Shown: in pieces, positions 1 through 13,165 of the stretch
Numbering within the stretch: the stretch's first letter is position 1
Layout: the number at the start of each line of letters is the position of its first letter
Source: Rhina ancylostomus
Lineage: Eukaryota
Length of the DNA stretch: 62,210 bases
Reading direction: 5' to 3'
Assembly (NCBI GenBank): GCA_030265395.1
Contig: JARFYF010000074.1
Location: forward strand, 91,746,543 to 91,808,752
The notes under the pieces: model-generated
Databases searched by the model: none
What the model saw: only the letters and a program-made list of their open reading frames with translations
Told to the model about the DNA's origin: nothing
Translations under genes and position numbers: made by a program

Positions 1-24
1 TATGGATAGAATATTAGCTGGTTA

Positions 25-262
25 AGAGGGAATGGTCTTTGGAACTCTCTTGCTTAAAGGTAGTGGAACAGAGTTTGAATATTCTTAAGGCAGATATAAA
101 TAGATATTTGATCAACAAGGTGATGAAAAAGCTACTGCAGGTAGATGGGAATGTAGAGATGAGTTTACAATCAGACCAGCTATGATCTTATTACGTGGCA
201 GACCAGGCTTGAAGGACCAAGTGGCCAACTCTTGCTCTTAATTTGTAGGTTCATACATACAT
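25..262 (+). mobile_element. CR1 LINE 3' end remnant
   Basis: Decayed LWNSL...VE...NILKADINRYLINK C-terminus followed by a CR1-type 3' UTR (cagctatgatcttatt...gaaggaccaagtggccaactcttgctc) and a short repeat tail. Confidence 0.75.
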
Positions 263-539
263 ACATATATTCATAAATCTCTGTTTCTCTTATTTCAAGG
301 AATTCACAACCTTGCTAAAGTACAGATCCAGAGTTGAAGACGCTACTCCAGCTAAGAACTAATCAGTTTGTCATAAAAGTTCAGCATCAGTTTTTGCATT
401 TGTACTCTTCTCCAATTGCTTCCACTCCAGTTATATGGGTTGTCAGTTAACTGATAAAAGTCAATCTGGAATCTGGAGACTCTGCTACAAGTGTAGCAGG
501 ATGTGCTTGACAGGAAAATATCTTCTCAGAGCTAGAGAT

Positions 540-1280
540 GTTCAAGATTCACAATCCTCTTTGGGATGCTCATTCATTTTGTTTGGTCATGTGTCAGAGA
601 GTCTGTGAGAATGTTACACTTTAAAGAGTCTGAGAACCTGCTTGAATAATTTCCTCTGTCCTTCTCATAATCTCTTGCTGTAATAGAGCTCAGACCAGCA
701 TGAGACTGTTTTGTGATTCTGGTATCAAACATCCAAACACTGTGGCTTGGACACTAGAGTCAACCAGGTATAATTAGAGCCTTAATGCTGGGATGTCAGC
801 TTGAAGATAATGCTGATGTTGATTTGCTTATCCTGCCAGTGAATTTGGAGGTGCCTGCTGTAGGTAGTATGTGTCTCTGAAGCATATACGAGGGCAGGGA
901 TCACTGCTGCCATGCAAACCACCAGCATTATACGAGGTTAGAGCTCGATCTCCAAACACTCCTTTCCTCAGATGCCCCAAGGCAATGCTTGCACACTGGA
1001 GGCAATGATTTCCATCAATCTGTGATTGTTGAGTGATGGCTTCCAAGATATAGGAAGTGATCCACATTTTGCAGAGTGTTGTTGTGGACCTATACTATAT
1101 GGGGTGTTGATGTGGAGAGGTGGCCAGATTGTTAGAAGAACTTTGTTTTGCCCCAATAACCATGTTAACAATGACTTAGAGCTCAGCCTCTGAACATGTA
1201 CTGAAACAAGCATAGTCTCGGTTCTGCAGCTCAATGGTTGAAGTTGGAGCGATCTTGTTTTGGAGTGGAGGCAACATAGG
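540..1280 (-). mobile_element. RTE-clade LINE, degenerate RT C-terminal region
   Basis: Minus-strand translation gives ELQNRDYACF..SEAEL (YADD region), IDGNHCLQCASIALGHLRKGVFGDRAL, AVIPALVYASET, LQIHWQDK and SELYYSKRL*EGQRKLFK, collinear with RTE ORF motifs but with frameshifts. Confidence 0.75.
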
Positions 1281-1771
1281 TGAGCAGTTTCCCTTTCATT
1301 CTTCCAGCAAAAGGATTTTTGGATCTAAGGTCACATGTTACAGTGCGAAAGATTAAAAACAAGTTGACAGAGCCTTACCTGAGGGAATAATACATGAGGG
1401 AAAGATGCCATATGTCCTACTGTGCTTGTGCCAAGTCTTTGAAAGAGCAATACAATTAATCACATTTATTTACTTTTTTTTGCATAGTCTTCTAAACTTG
1501 TGTCCCTTTGCATATTTATTCATTTTCCTTCTGAGTTACTTCTAAATTTGCTTCTACTACCTTTCAGGCAATGCTTTCCAGATCATTATAGCTGACTGAA
1601 TAGAAGATTTCCCAATTTCACCTCTGGTTATTTTCTCAATAACCTTAGATGTATGCCCTGTAGGTGCCAACCCATTTCCACTTATCATGAATTTGAACAC
1701 TTCTGACATTTAGAGTTAACCTTTCAAGTCCCTTTTAGGTGGTCCCAAAGTGCCTTACAGCTAATAAAATA

Positions 1772-1844
1772 TTATTATTATTGTCACTTGTACCAAGGTA
1801 CAGTGAAAAACTTGTCTTGCATACTGTTCATTCAGATCAATTCA
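1772..1844 (-). mobile_element. Rex1/Babar-type LINE 3' tail running into an N gap
   Basis: ttattattgtcacttgtaccaaggtacagtgaaaaactt resembles the tail of the longer copy starting at 57617. Confidence 0.6.
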
Positions 1845-2728
1845 NNNNNNNNNNNNNNNNNNNNNNNNNNNNNNNNNNNNNNNNNNNNNNNNNNNNNNNN
1901 NNNNNNNNNNNNNNNNNNNNNNNNNNNNNNNNNNNNNNNNNNNNNNNNNNNNNNNNNNNNNNNNNNNNNNNNNNNNNNNNNNNNNNNNNNNNNNNNNNNN
2001 NTTTTTCTTGGGAGTTGCCACATGGTGAAGATCTTGCTCATTGTACCTCTTGATAGATGGAATCCATACTGCAATTCACAATCTGCTCTTTGACTAAGGG
2101 AAGACATAGCTGGGGAGAGCCCTTGGGATGGCTCCATTACAGTCTGCACAAGGGCTAGTCCACTTTTGTAGCCACCCAGATATACAAGTGAATGAAAAAG
2201 CACAAGCTACATGAAATACAAAAAGCCTTCTGGAGCAGACAGTATTCCAGGTGATGATCTAATACTTTGTGGAAACAAACGTCTTACGCACATTCATAAC
2301 CTCATTTCCCAGAGAGACTCACCAGAGGACCACATAAATGTTATAATTGTGATCATCCTCAAGTGGTGATTGTGGTTACTACAGAGGGATCTTCCTGTGG
2401 TCCATCACAGCAAAGTGGTCAAACATCCACTCTGAAAGTACAGACCAAACTAGAGGTTTCTCCAGAAGGTGGAATAAATATAACTGTGCAATCAATTTCA
2501 AATTTCCACACTATTTGCGTGAAAAATTGCTTCTGGCTTCTCTTCTAAATGGCATAGCTTTAATTTCAGCCTTTTGCCCTAAAGGAAGAAGAATTTCTCT
2601 GCTCTCCTAATGAATGTACTTAAAGATCAAACTCAAACATTTACTCAAGGTGCAACATAGTACACATAATAAATAGTCTTATGTTAAAAATCAGAATATT
2701 AAAATAGAAGTATTTTTAGTTGGAAGTT

Positions 2729-2890
2729 CTTTTTCTCCCATTTTTTTCATCAGGGCAAATACGATGAAGGTCCTCGGCCAGAAACGTCAACTGTTTATTT
2801 CCCTCCAAAGATGCTGACTGACCTGCTGAGTTCCTCCAGCACTTTTTGTGCATTGCTCCAGATTCCAGCATCTGCAGAATTTCTTGTGTC
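2729..2890 (+). mobile_element. Penelope-terminus short insertion with degenerate hammerhead motif
   Basis: cGATGA-aggtcctcggcca-GAAA-CGTC followed by gatgctgactgacctgctgagttcctccagc...gcatctgcag; flanked by ttggaagtt at 2720-2728 and 2891-2899. Confidence 0.75.
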
Positions 2891-4314
2891 TTGGAAGTTA
2901 GGAAATAACCTTTAATATTTTTTCTTAGCTTGGTCTTAAAAATGCATATAATGGTTGCAGAGAAAAATTTACTGGTACCAGGGAAGGCATTATTCAAAAC
3001 CTGCCCCTGTCTCTCTGTGGGAGAGGGGTGGGGGAGGAGGATATTGATTTTCTTTCATTTCCAAATTTTATATCTTTCCTTCCCTTTCAAAGCTGATACC
3101 AACAACTCCTAAGTACTCTGCCAAATCAGAATCCACTTGATTTCACAGCCCTAGCAACACATTGAACATACTGTATCTGGAGCACACAGCAACTGCCATG
3201 GGTGAGCAACTCACACTGAACAGGCAAAGGATTAATTGAGAAATGCAAATGTCAGCAACACTATTCTGATGTGCAAAAAAATGAGAAAGGTCTAAGGATT
3301 CTGCCATGTCAGGAATATCATTAAACTACATTTTTCCTGCCCATTATAATGCAGTTAATTTTAAAGTGACCATATTATCAGTCAGAAGGTTGATGGACCA
3401 AGCTTACTTTCTGTCCAAAAAAAACCAGTTGAAGCTTGAATCATTTTGCAAACAGGCTTCATTTAAATTCCGTCAAGGAACTTCTTAACTGTTTGGAGAA
3501 GCTGGCAGTAGAAAATCTTATAGCAGTGTCACATGGATCACTTGTCCCAGGTGAGAGAAAGTGATTCGACAAGAGGGCTGCTAATTTTTAGGAAGCGGCT
3601 AATTGTACCACTTGTTTCTGGACTGCTCTGGACTGGACTGTTCATTTCAAAATCTCCAAAGTGCCGGTGGCCTGGTTGCCACTGCCATTTTCATTGCAGT
3701 GTGACTCACTGCTTCCCACTAATGAGACAGAGAATAATAATGCACCACTCTTTGCCAAACTTTGCATTGAACTGTTAGCTGTTCTTGGGATTGTTTCAGC
3801 CAATACAAGCTTTTTCTGTGCTGGTAATAAAGAGTAGCACTCCCATCCCAAAGCTAAGTGTTGACCAGCCTAGCTGCCGGTGGAGGTGGGCCCCATAGGT
3901 CAGCTCAAGGTCACTTTTGCTGTTCTCATTAAATTCAATTTTCCAGTCCATGGCAACATTGAGAGTCAGTTCTTTCCAATCCATTCATCTTATATTGAGG
4001 AAAGGGGAAGAAACCTATACATTAATGTTACAAGGGTTACAGACAAAGAATCAACCTAATATACTCCTTGTGATAAAGGCATCATACTACTTCATGTTTA
4101 TCGACCTCTTCCATTATTTATATACTTCAGTTTACACTTTGGGAAATATGCTTATAGAGTCCATAGTTCCCTCTCTCACCATTTATTAGGGATCCAAAAA
4201 GTTCAAGGTCAGAGTTTCTAGCTAAACATAATTTATTGATGACTAACAACACCCAACCCACATAAGTGGGAAAATGCAATGTATCTGAACTCATATTTTT
4301 ACCATATTCCATAT

Positions 4315-4645
4315 GAAGGAGGCATTTCGGCTCATCAGGTCAATGTCAGTTCTTAAGAGTAATCCCATCAAACCTGTTCCCCCACCAATTTCCTTGGAAC
4401 CAATTCTCTCACATATGTCCTGAATCATTTGCCTTGATTCTCTAACCATCTCTCAACCCTAGGGGCAATTCATAGTTGCCTATTAACCTAACAAGTCTTT
4501 GAGATGAGAGAGGAAACCAGAGCTCCAGGGGAAACTCACGCCATCACAGGAAGAACATACACATTCCACACAAACAGCATCCACGATCAGAATCAGACCC
4601 AGGTTGCTGGATAGCTGTGAGATAGCGGTATTGCCACTGTGCCAA
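4315..4645 (-). mobile_element. tRNA-derived V-SINE (HE1-like), old copy with CR1-type tail
   Basis: Reverse-complement V-domain (ggaaaccagagctccaggggaaactcacg), tRNA-like head near 4590-4645 and CR1-like tail near 4320. Confidence 0.7.
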
Positions 4646-6460
4646 CCTTTTAATCACATGGTACACACAGTCCTTAAAAGTACAACACACAATGCATCTA
4701 CAGTGCTGACAAGCATTTCTTGATGTGGCTTATTGAGAGGAGAAAATTCTCATTTGGGAAGGGGAGACCAAAATTATCCCAATGGGTACAGAATGTGAAT
4801 GATACCCACGGCTCTTTGGGGTCTGATTCCTTCCAGTCCTGAGGTAGCCTACTGCAAATACTGCAGGTATCATAAAACTGTATGTTAGTCTTGATAATTT
4901 CTTCAAGAGCTGACATTCATTTGTACAGTAGGACCCTGCTGGCTCTATGTGACTGCCCTTGCTACCTGCTTGGGAAAACATGTTAAAATTTGTAGACATC
5001 AGTATCTTGGTAGTTCCAGGTTAGAAAAGTAACCTGGAGTATTTTACATACATCTGGTTTATACTGGTGGGTTCGCTTCATATTCCATCATCCCCCTCCT
5101 CCGGGCTTTTCTCTCATTTTATAACTCAACGCCATACCACAGCTAATACAATGCTCAAGTTGTGATTCTTTGGGGGCTGTAATCAACATATGTTATCCTA
5201 CCAGACTGATGTGAAACAGATGTAGAGTTTAACAGTACATTCCAATATAATGACAATAAGCTCAGATTACACACCATCGGAAACAGACACGTTCCTAACT
5301 CTTCACAAGACAAACATTTTAACGTTGAGTAAAAAGTGTGCTCAGTAGACAGAATGTCTGTGAGAAGGCTTGTGACGTGTACATGAGAATTTAAACTGCA
5401 AACTTAAAAACAGTGATTATCCTAGGAGTGTGCACATCTGCAGCACACAACAAGAAACTATAATAATGACATCATTTATATGAAGCAGCAGATTACTTGG
5501 ATCAACTTTCAACTTCAACCACTCCCCACAGCTGCTGTCACCTCATTGTGAATCTCATAAACAAGACTATCTATTAAAACCACTGTGTCTGGATTTGTCA
5601 ATAATTATTTGCAGGTTAAAGCCTTTTCCTGACTTTTCCTGCAGGTCTATCACAGAGTGTCAAAGCCTTTTTGTTCCCACTTTTCATTACTTCTTTCCAC
5701 CTCACTTGTTTTCTCCTGAAGGCAGTAACTTATACCATAATATGGTTCCATATTTGCCTTTAAGTAGCTCTTAATGCACAAACCTTGATGGTTTTGGAAA
5801 CTACTGGACTGAGGCTTAACACAGCCAATCCCAATATGGACTTACATGAGGGGATATGGTGTAACCTCTACCATCAGGATAACCGAGTAGCCCACTGCCA
5901 ACCTAACAAAAATCAGTGCATAAATTTGATACTTTGCGGATCCTTGTGGACAAGTACTAAAACTAATGCTGCATTTATCCAAAATTCGACTGAATGTCTG
6001 TGTGCTTCATTCTTGAGGGGTAGTTTTAACCAACTGCACTCCTGATTCAATTGAGAGTAAAGGCAGATTCACCATGATTTTCCATCCATTGTCCATATCA
6101 CTACATAAAATTGCAATTAAGCATTTCAACCAAGGTTGATCTGCGTATTTGAAAGGTAATTGGCAATTCAATCTCAAAAAGCAAGGCATACATGAAGAAG
6201 TTCAGAGGAACTCTTTCCAGATAATGGAGTTAAATTCTGACATTGTTCTGCATTCTAGGATCTTGATTAGTACTTTTGGATCACATTCTCCAATTTATTT
6301 GTTCATTGAGAACAATGAAATCCAATGGCTGAATGTTTATTTGAATGCCTACCATCCCCTTTTGGAAACGATGTTATCACATGCCACCATTCACATGGAG
6401 GATTACTCTCAGTATTCTATCAGTGGGGGTTAGTCTTAGTGGATTCATTCACTACCCAGT

Positions 6461-6579
6461 CCTGATGCAGGGTCCCAGCCTGAAATGTCGATTATCCCTC
6501 CACAGATGCTGATCAACCTGCTGAGTCCCTTGAGCAGTTTGTTTATTGTTCCAGATTCCAGCATCTGCAGTCTCTCGTC
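6461..6579 (+). mobile_element. Penelope-terminus short insertion with hammerhead-like motif and 17-bp flanking direct repeat
   Basis: CTGATGC-AGG gtcccag CCT-GAAA-TGTC; exact ttcattcactacccagt at 6444-6460 and 6580-6596. Confidence 0.85.
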
Positions 6580-7139
6580 TTCATTCACTACCCAGTTGCT
6601 TGCTGTTCCTCTTTGCTTCTGACAAGAAGCATTCACTTTGCCTTATGTGTGAGAAAGCACAGGAAAGGTTTCAGCTCCTCTCCCTTGAATATCATTCAGA
6701 GTGACTTGTGGGTGTGATTTGATGACGGCAGTAACTGTGAGGACAGTGCACAGTGACGTTTGCCTTAAGGCTTTGTCAGGTAAACACACCAGTCACTCAT
6801 ATCATGATGGATTAATTGTAACTGTCTGTATTACAGTTCTTGCAAAGTGCTGGTTGGATACCATGGAGCTGAGGAAGGCAGTAACACCATGAGAATTTCA
6901 GCACTGAGTTTCAATGTTCCTTGCCCTGTGGGAACAAGATGGATGAGCAACAAATTTCCATTGCAGATTTATCAATGTCCAGTCTATTTAACTTATACTG
7001 AACTTCTGAGGAGATGATTTAGCCTCCTGACCAAAGTCAGCAGCTACCTTATTTAAGTATGCAGCTTTGGGTCTTATAACATCATCAAGCCTCGGTCACA
7101 ACTTTAATCCTGGTCTGACCAAGCAGGTTGCTAAGGAAA

Positions 7140-7880
7140 GTATAACAATATTTATATTGTGCTTCTGACATACTGAAATAACTCAAGGCTCTTCACAGAA
7201 GTGCAAGCAGATGAAATTGAACACAGAATTAAAATCACTGAAAATGCACTACCTGATAAGACAATCGAGAGTCAACTAGCTTTCCAAAAGGAATAGTATC
7301 AGTATTTGTAAGAATGAAAATTGCAAGGCTAGGGAAAGGGGCAGGAAATGGGACTAACTGCATTGCTCTTGCAGACACCTTGAATGAAGATGGCCAGAAA
7401 TCTTCCTCTTTACGTTCTTACCAAACAATGCAGTTTTTTTTTTAATATATAAAAGAGAGAGGTGGTGGAGAAACTGATGCCTAAAATGTCATTTCAAGTC
7501 AGTAGCTCTAAATATTCTATCTAGTGGCATTGGTGCAATGTACTCTGCTGAAAGTTCCCAAGCAATAGGCAACATACAGATGCCATTTTGTAACTCATTA
7601 TGTGCTATAGACTGACCAAGAATTACTAGGCATGAGAGGCTTAGGAGCAGAGTTACAGAACTAAGGACCTAAAATACAGATGGTATGGCCATCATTCATG
7701 TGGGTGAAGGACATTAGAAATGCACAAGAGGCCAGGATTGGAGAAGTGCCGAACAGTCAAAGGGTCATTAGACCAGAGGGTAGAAAAAGGGAGGTGTGTG
7801 ATCAAAAAAGGATATGAACTAAGGGAATAGGAATTTTAAATTTGAGGCAATGGTGAATAGAGAGCCATTGCTCTGCATTG
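7140..7880 (-). mobile_element. Fragmented L2-type LINE 3' region
   Basis: Similar in reverse to the copy at 11525 and directly to the copy at 55445 (gcacaagaggccaggattggag, gaattttaaatttgaggc); interrupted by other fragments. Confidence 0.5.
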
Positions 7881-10800
7881 GCAAGGTTTCTTGATGGACT
7901 TCCTCCTCTTTCTTGGCCAAATCCACGCCAAGTTAATCATGAAACATGGTGCTCCAGACATATTTAACTTTTCTTCACTGGTCTTGTTCTTGGTCATATT
8001 TCTCAGCTAGGGCAAATGCCAGGAGAGCCCTAAAATCAACATCCATTTGGATAACCTTTGTTAGCAGATAAAATTGTTCATGGGTGGTGTGGTTTCTCAT
8101 ATTCCGGAATTCCAAAGAGAAATGCTCCAATTGTGATGCTCAATTTTACGTGATGCTTAAGAGTGCATGGTATTTTGCCAATGAAAGAGAAGTTTTGCTT
8201 AATGGAGCAATTATACCTATAACTTCCACAATGAATCTTTTCTCTAACAACAGTGACTGCATGTCAAAAATTACCTTACTGGCTTTGTAAATGGCTTTGG
8301 GTGGTCCAATAAATCTAGGCTTTAAGTGAAGCCAGAGTTGGTATTCTCCTCATTACTGTACACACTTGCACTGCCATTGTTTACCAGAAAACTAATCATT
8401 ATTACCAAAGTTTAATTCTAGGCTAATTTTTAAACAAGATCATTAGAATTTTTCTTTAATGAAAATCAGTTGGAGCAGAACTTTTAACACAAACACATCT
8501 GTGAAGGAAATGTGGCAGAGGATGTAACCATTTTGGAGAGGGGCTAGAATTGCTGCAGAACTGCAATTAGCAAGCAAAATATCTGCTTGTATTTATGTGT
8601 TACAGTAATTTTGCCAAATGCCATCAAGTTACTTCAGTCACATTAAAAATGTATGTTCTGTTTATAATCAGCCAAGGACTATCATCTGTTATTCTGACTT
8701 CTTGAATACGAGCTAAATGAGGTGCCAAGATGTAGAAAGGTGGATGTTTACTTTCATGCTGATGTCTGTGGTATATTAATTACTTCACTGGATTAAGCTG
8801 GGGTCCTATATTGTGGGAATCCAAATGTATATGGTCTGAAAATAAAAATAAACCACTGTGTTCGGAAATCAAAAGATGAGGTTTGTTCCTTGATGCAAAA
8901 GGTTTCTGATGAAACAAGTTCACTTCAAATGCAACGTTCCCACCCATTTGACCTTATGCCTTTCTTACCAGCTGTGCATGGCAGAACACTGACTCACTCA
9001 CAACGAGGATATTTCACGGCTTGAAAAAACAGAAATTGAATGATGTGAGTAAACATTTTGCTTTTATGTGCTTAAAATGTAGGAAATATACCTAAATCTG
9101 CCAGGCCTGGACAACTTGTAATGTCTCCTGTATTGCTACCCCTACAAAACAATTCACTGGCAGTACCAATGTAGAATTACATCAGCTTGGTCCTTCAACA
9201 ATCAAAGGCTTTTCCATCCTCAGAGGACAATTCCTAATAACAAAGAGCTTTAAGTCATTTGAGTACTTCTTTGTAATGTCAAAACCCCAATTATTATTAG
9301 TGACTTTTAGAAGATGTCATTTATTCATTTCCTATAAATGCACTAGGATATTCAGATCTAAAAATTAATCAGAGATCGTTAGATCTGCAAATGTATGAAA
9401 AGGATCATTTCTGAAAAAAAACTTTCATTCCCCAGCGCAGGTAATGCACCCTTCACAAGCAATTCTATCATTTAGTATAAATATAAACTAAGACTCCTAA
9501 TGTGCAGCTGCGTGGTAAAGTAAGCACAGTGGGGGAGAAGTTAAATTGTTGTAAATGATTATGTACTTCAAACCTCATGGTAAGGCTTTAGATCAATTTA
9601 TGCCTGTCTATTCAATGACTAATGTCACTGAACAGCAAAACAAAAAGTGAAGGACGTTTGCACAAAGAGACAGGATTTATTTGTAATTCAGTTCAAAGTA
9701 CTCTCCACAACTTCAAGCATCTGGCTGCCAGTCCCACTGAGTAACAAGTATCACAGACTTTCCTAAAGAGGAAACCCTAAATAGAACAAAGCATTCACAA
9801 AACCTTCAACAAATCATACAGCTAATCTGAAATATATATATGAGAATGTTAGGTGGCTGGTAGTTGGGGAAAAAAGTGGGGCATTGAGCATACAACTTAA
9901 AATGATGGCTAATAGTTTAATCATAGGCAATGGATTTACACCCCTTTCCACTCAGATAAGGTAACTTCAGATGCAAAGACCCAGCACCTTTGTGCATTCA
10001 CACTAGTGGTTATTTAGTTTCTTCTTCACTAATAGAGCACTTGGTTCCTGTCCCATTCACACAGTACAGATTCAGTTCCATCTCTGACTGCACAGTACAT
10101 GCATGGGAAAAGTCATTTGTTCCATGCTAAATCATCCCACTCAGAACAACAAACACTATCCCAGTCGAATTATTTATTTGCTTCAGTTTTAGGAGTTCTA
10201 ATTCCCACTACTCTCCATGCTGGCCCAAATTCAGTCACTCAACAGAAAGAATTTCTGGACAGTGGGTCTTATTTCATCTTTGAAAAACAATCTTGCTACG
10301 TCTTATATCATGGATTAATTTGCAAGGAACAAAGTTGTTAATTTGCTGTTGGCCATTTATTCTTGGAGGAGTTTTTTTTAAAAACAGCAATTAGAGCAAA
10401 ACTGCAGAAATTGTTGCACATCATCTTCACATCACTATTTAATCCTCATTATATAACTGACAGTGCCCCTACCTAGTTTATCACAAATATGCAGTTGAAA
10501 AGATCCCTCCTTTTTTGAAGTCATCAACAAAATGGAATGCACAAGGACCAAGAAGTAATTGGTTTTCAGAAGCTTCTGCTCAATTCATAAGGAGTCTTAG
10601 AGATGATAAATAAGTTGTAGTTTGTAGAAATTCATACAAGATGGGAAAATTACAAGTTAGCATGTTGCCCCTTTAAGTGAAACAATTTGGTCCTTTCCTG
10701 CAAGAACGCATAGCTAAGCAGGACTGTCTAGACAACGAACATTTCCCCAAGGCTGTGAAACAGCACAGGAAGCATTCCCAGTTGCCTTGCTGTAACACAA

Positions 10801-11524
10801 ATAAGAGATGCATTTCTTTCTGCCAATTCTTTAAAAATCTGGGAACAGGCCAATTCAATTATATTGATCTTGGCTCATTTGCTCATAGTGTACATACGAC
10901 ACTAAAGTGTTCAGAATTCACCAGTGCTTGGGATTGTGGAAAATATTGCAGCTCCTCTTTAACTTAAAAACTCCACCCTGCTTCTTTATTCAACATGCAC
11001 CTTCATTTTAGAGTGCCTGAAAATTCTGCATTCCAACAGTGTTGCAATTTAGAACTAGAATGTTTTGTGACAAGTACTACATTCAATGCCTGATCTATTC
11101 TCATGTAACTGATATCAAGTTGGCTGATGCCAGGTTGGGGTACCACAGCTGGTCTCAGCACCCATGGCCAAGTGAAGAACTGAATCTGCTACTCACTTAT
11201 CCAATGAACACTGTAGCAAAGTGCACAAATGATCTTGATTGTGGACCTTATCCTTAACTGTAATGCTCCATTAGTCAATCAGCATGATAATGTCAACTGG
11301 TTGGTTTCAGGTAATGGATGGTTACATGGGCAACAGACTGAAGAACAGCTGCTGCCCATAGAGCTTTTCCATGGGTCATCAATTTCCAGAAGATGGCAAA
11401 CTGTTGGTAGATATTAAAATCTATATAGTCTGAGGGAGAAACAAAGACCCCTCTCATGATGTTATACCTAAAAGCCAACTATCCGTTAATTAGAAATGCC
11501 TTATCCATGTGTTGTAGAAACAAT

Positions 11525-11875
11525 TCTGTTAAGCAATTCCTCAATTTTAAAACGTTCATCTTTGTTTCAAAATCTCTTTGTGGTCTTATCCCTCCCCATC
11601 TCTTCAATCTTCTATAGCCCTGAGATTTATGCACTTCTTCCATATTGCCCACTTGAAATTCAACTGATTTAACCACTGGTAGCTGTACCTTCAGCTACTA
11701 AAGCCACAAGATCTGGAATTCCCTCCTCAATCCTCTGTACCTCTCTAGCTCTCTTACCTCCTATAAGATGCTGCCACTGTTTTGAACAAGCATTTGGTCA
11801 TCTGCCCTCAAACTTCGTGATGTGGTACAGTACTGTGTTAAAAGGTGCTACACAAAAAGCATCTTTGGTGTTGGA
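11525..11875 (+). mobile_element. L2-type LINE 3' end
   Basis: LNFKTFIFVSKSLCGLIPPHLFNLL (the FKIL..FKSLHGLAPPYL motif) and KIWNSL, ending in gttaaaaggtgctacacaaa. Confidence 0.7.
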
Positions 11876-12931
11876 GAAATATTGTGTTCATCACTGTTAA
11901 AACAGATGAAATGTACAAAACTACTAGTTACAGCAACAGCATAGTTTCTTTCTACAATACATTGGAAAATGCCTTAACCTTGCTGTCTTTCCACTTTTAC
12001 AACAATTGTGTTTGGGAAATCCAACTACATTTTTGTTTTATCAATTATTGTCCTATTGCAATAATTTTATGAATGGATCTTATCATGCTTTCAAGCATTC
12101 ACAAATTGCTACTGAATTATTAAAATATAGTTACAAAATCCTGTACTTAGTACAACTTCAACTCTTCTTAACTAATGATGATTTACAACTAAATTCCATT
12201 CTTATTCCTGATGTAATTTTGTTTTAAATGACTGTTTCAAACTTTTGCAAACAAGTCATTTCAGTTCAACTTCATAGAAGTACTTGCAAATATACATTTC
12301 ATTTGCTCCTTCATTTCTTCTAAACTTTTTTATATTTAAAATTATTGGATAATTAATTTTCCCAAATATCTCTAAATTTACCAAAGTAGTTTTACAACTG
12401 TTACATTTGCCACATTCTAAATTATATGCTTAAGAGATCAGGAATGTATGTGAGAATGGGCTTTTTGATATTCAGTGTAAAATCTACAACCACTTTTACG
12501 AATTTATCTGTAACTTCAAGCACTTTCAAATAGCTGGATTCCAATGTGGTTTTGAAGTAAATGACCATGCTGGCATTGGAATAGCATAACCAAGCTCGAA
12601 CGCAAACCATCCATGAGTGAGCCTATGACAATGTCCAATGCAGTGGCTGCACAATAATGAGCAGTCCAACTTGTGAACACTGAGATGTGACCAATTTGAG
12701 AAAAGCTCTATTGAGCTAAAAGCTTTATTGGTGCAGTGCGATACAGCACCCAAGGATGAAAGGCAAGTCAGGGACTTCTCTCACAGGGGGGCTGATTCAA
12801 CATCCCATTACTAAGTGTGGCTGTACCAGGAATGGTTATCAGTACTTTTTTCCCCCAGAACCACTTAGTACAAGTCTCCCCACGATGTTCCAAATCAAAC
12901 ACTGCTCTGGAACCAACATCATCTCATGCAT

Positions 12932-13165
12932 GGGCAGCACCAGTGGCGTAGCGGTTAGCGTTATGCTATCACAGCGCCAGTGATCGGGGTTCAACTCCCG
13001 CCGCTGTGTAAGGAGTTTGTACGTTCTCTCCGTGGATTTCCTCCAGGTGCTCCAGTTTCCTCCCACATTCCAAAGATGTATGGGTTAGTAGGTTAACATG
13101 GGTGTAATTGGGCGGTGCAGGTTCATTGGGCCAAAGGGACTGTTACCGTGCTGCATAAATAAGGT
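12932..13165 (+). mobile_element. tRNA-derived V-SINE with CR1-type tail
   Basis: A box tggcgtagcgg, B box ggttcaactcc, V-domain tttcctccaggtgctccagtttcctcccacattccaaag, tail gggccaaagggactgttaccgtgctg. Confidence 0.9.

Noticed and set aside
2315-2360. MITIITFMWSS ending at a G|gtgagt donor on the minus strand
   Set aside because: GTRAGT hexamers are expected many times by chance in 62 kb, and nothing else supports it.
12932-13010. tRNA gene candidates (also at 13879)
   Set aside because: A and B boxes continue into the V-domain and a LINE tail, so these are SINE heads without a full cloverleaf.
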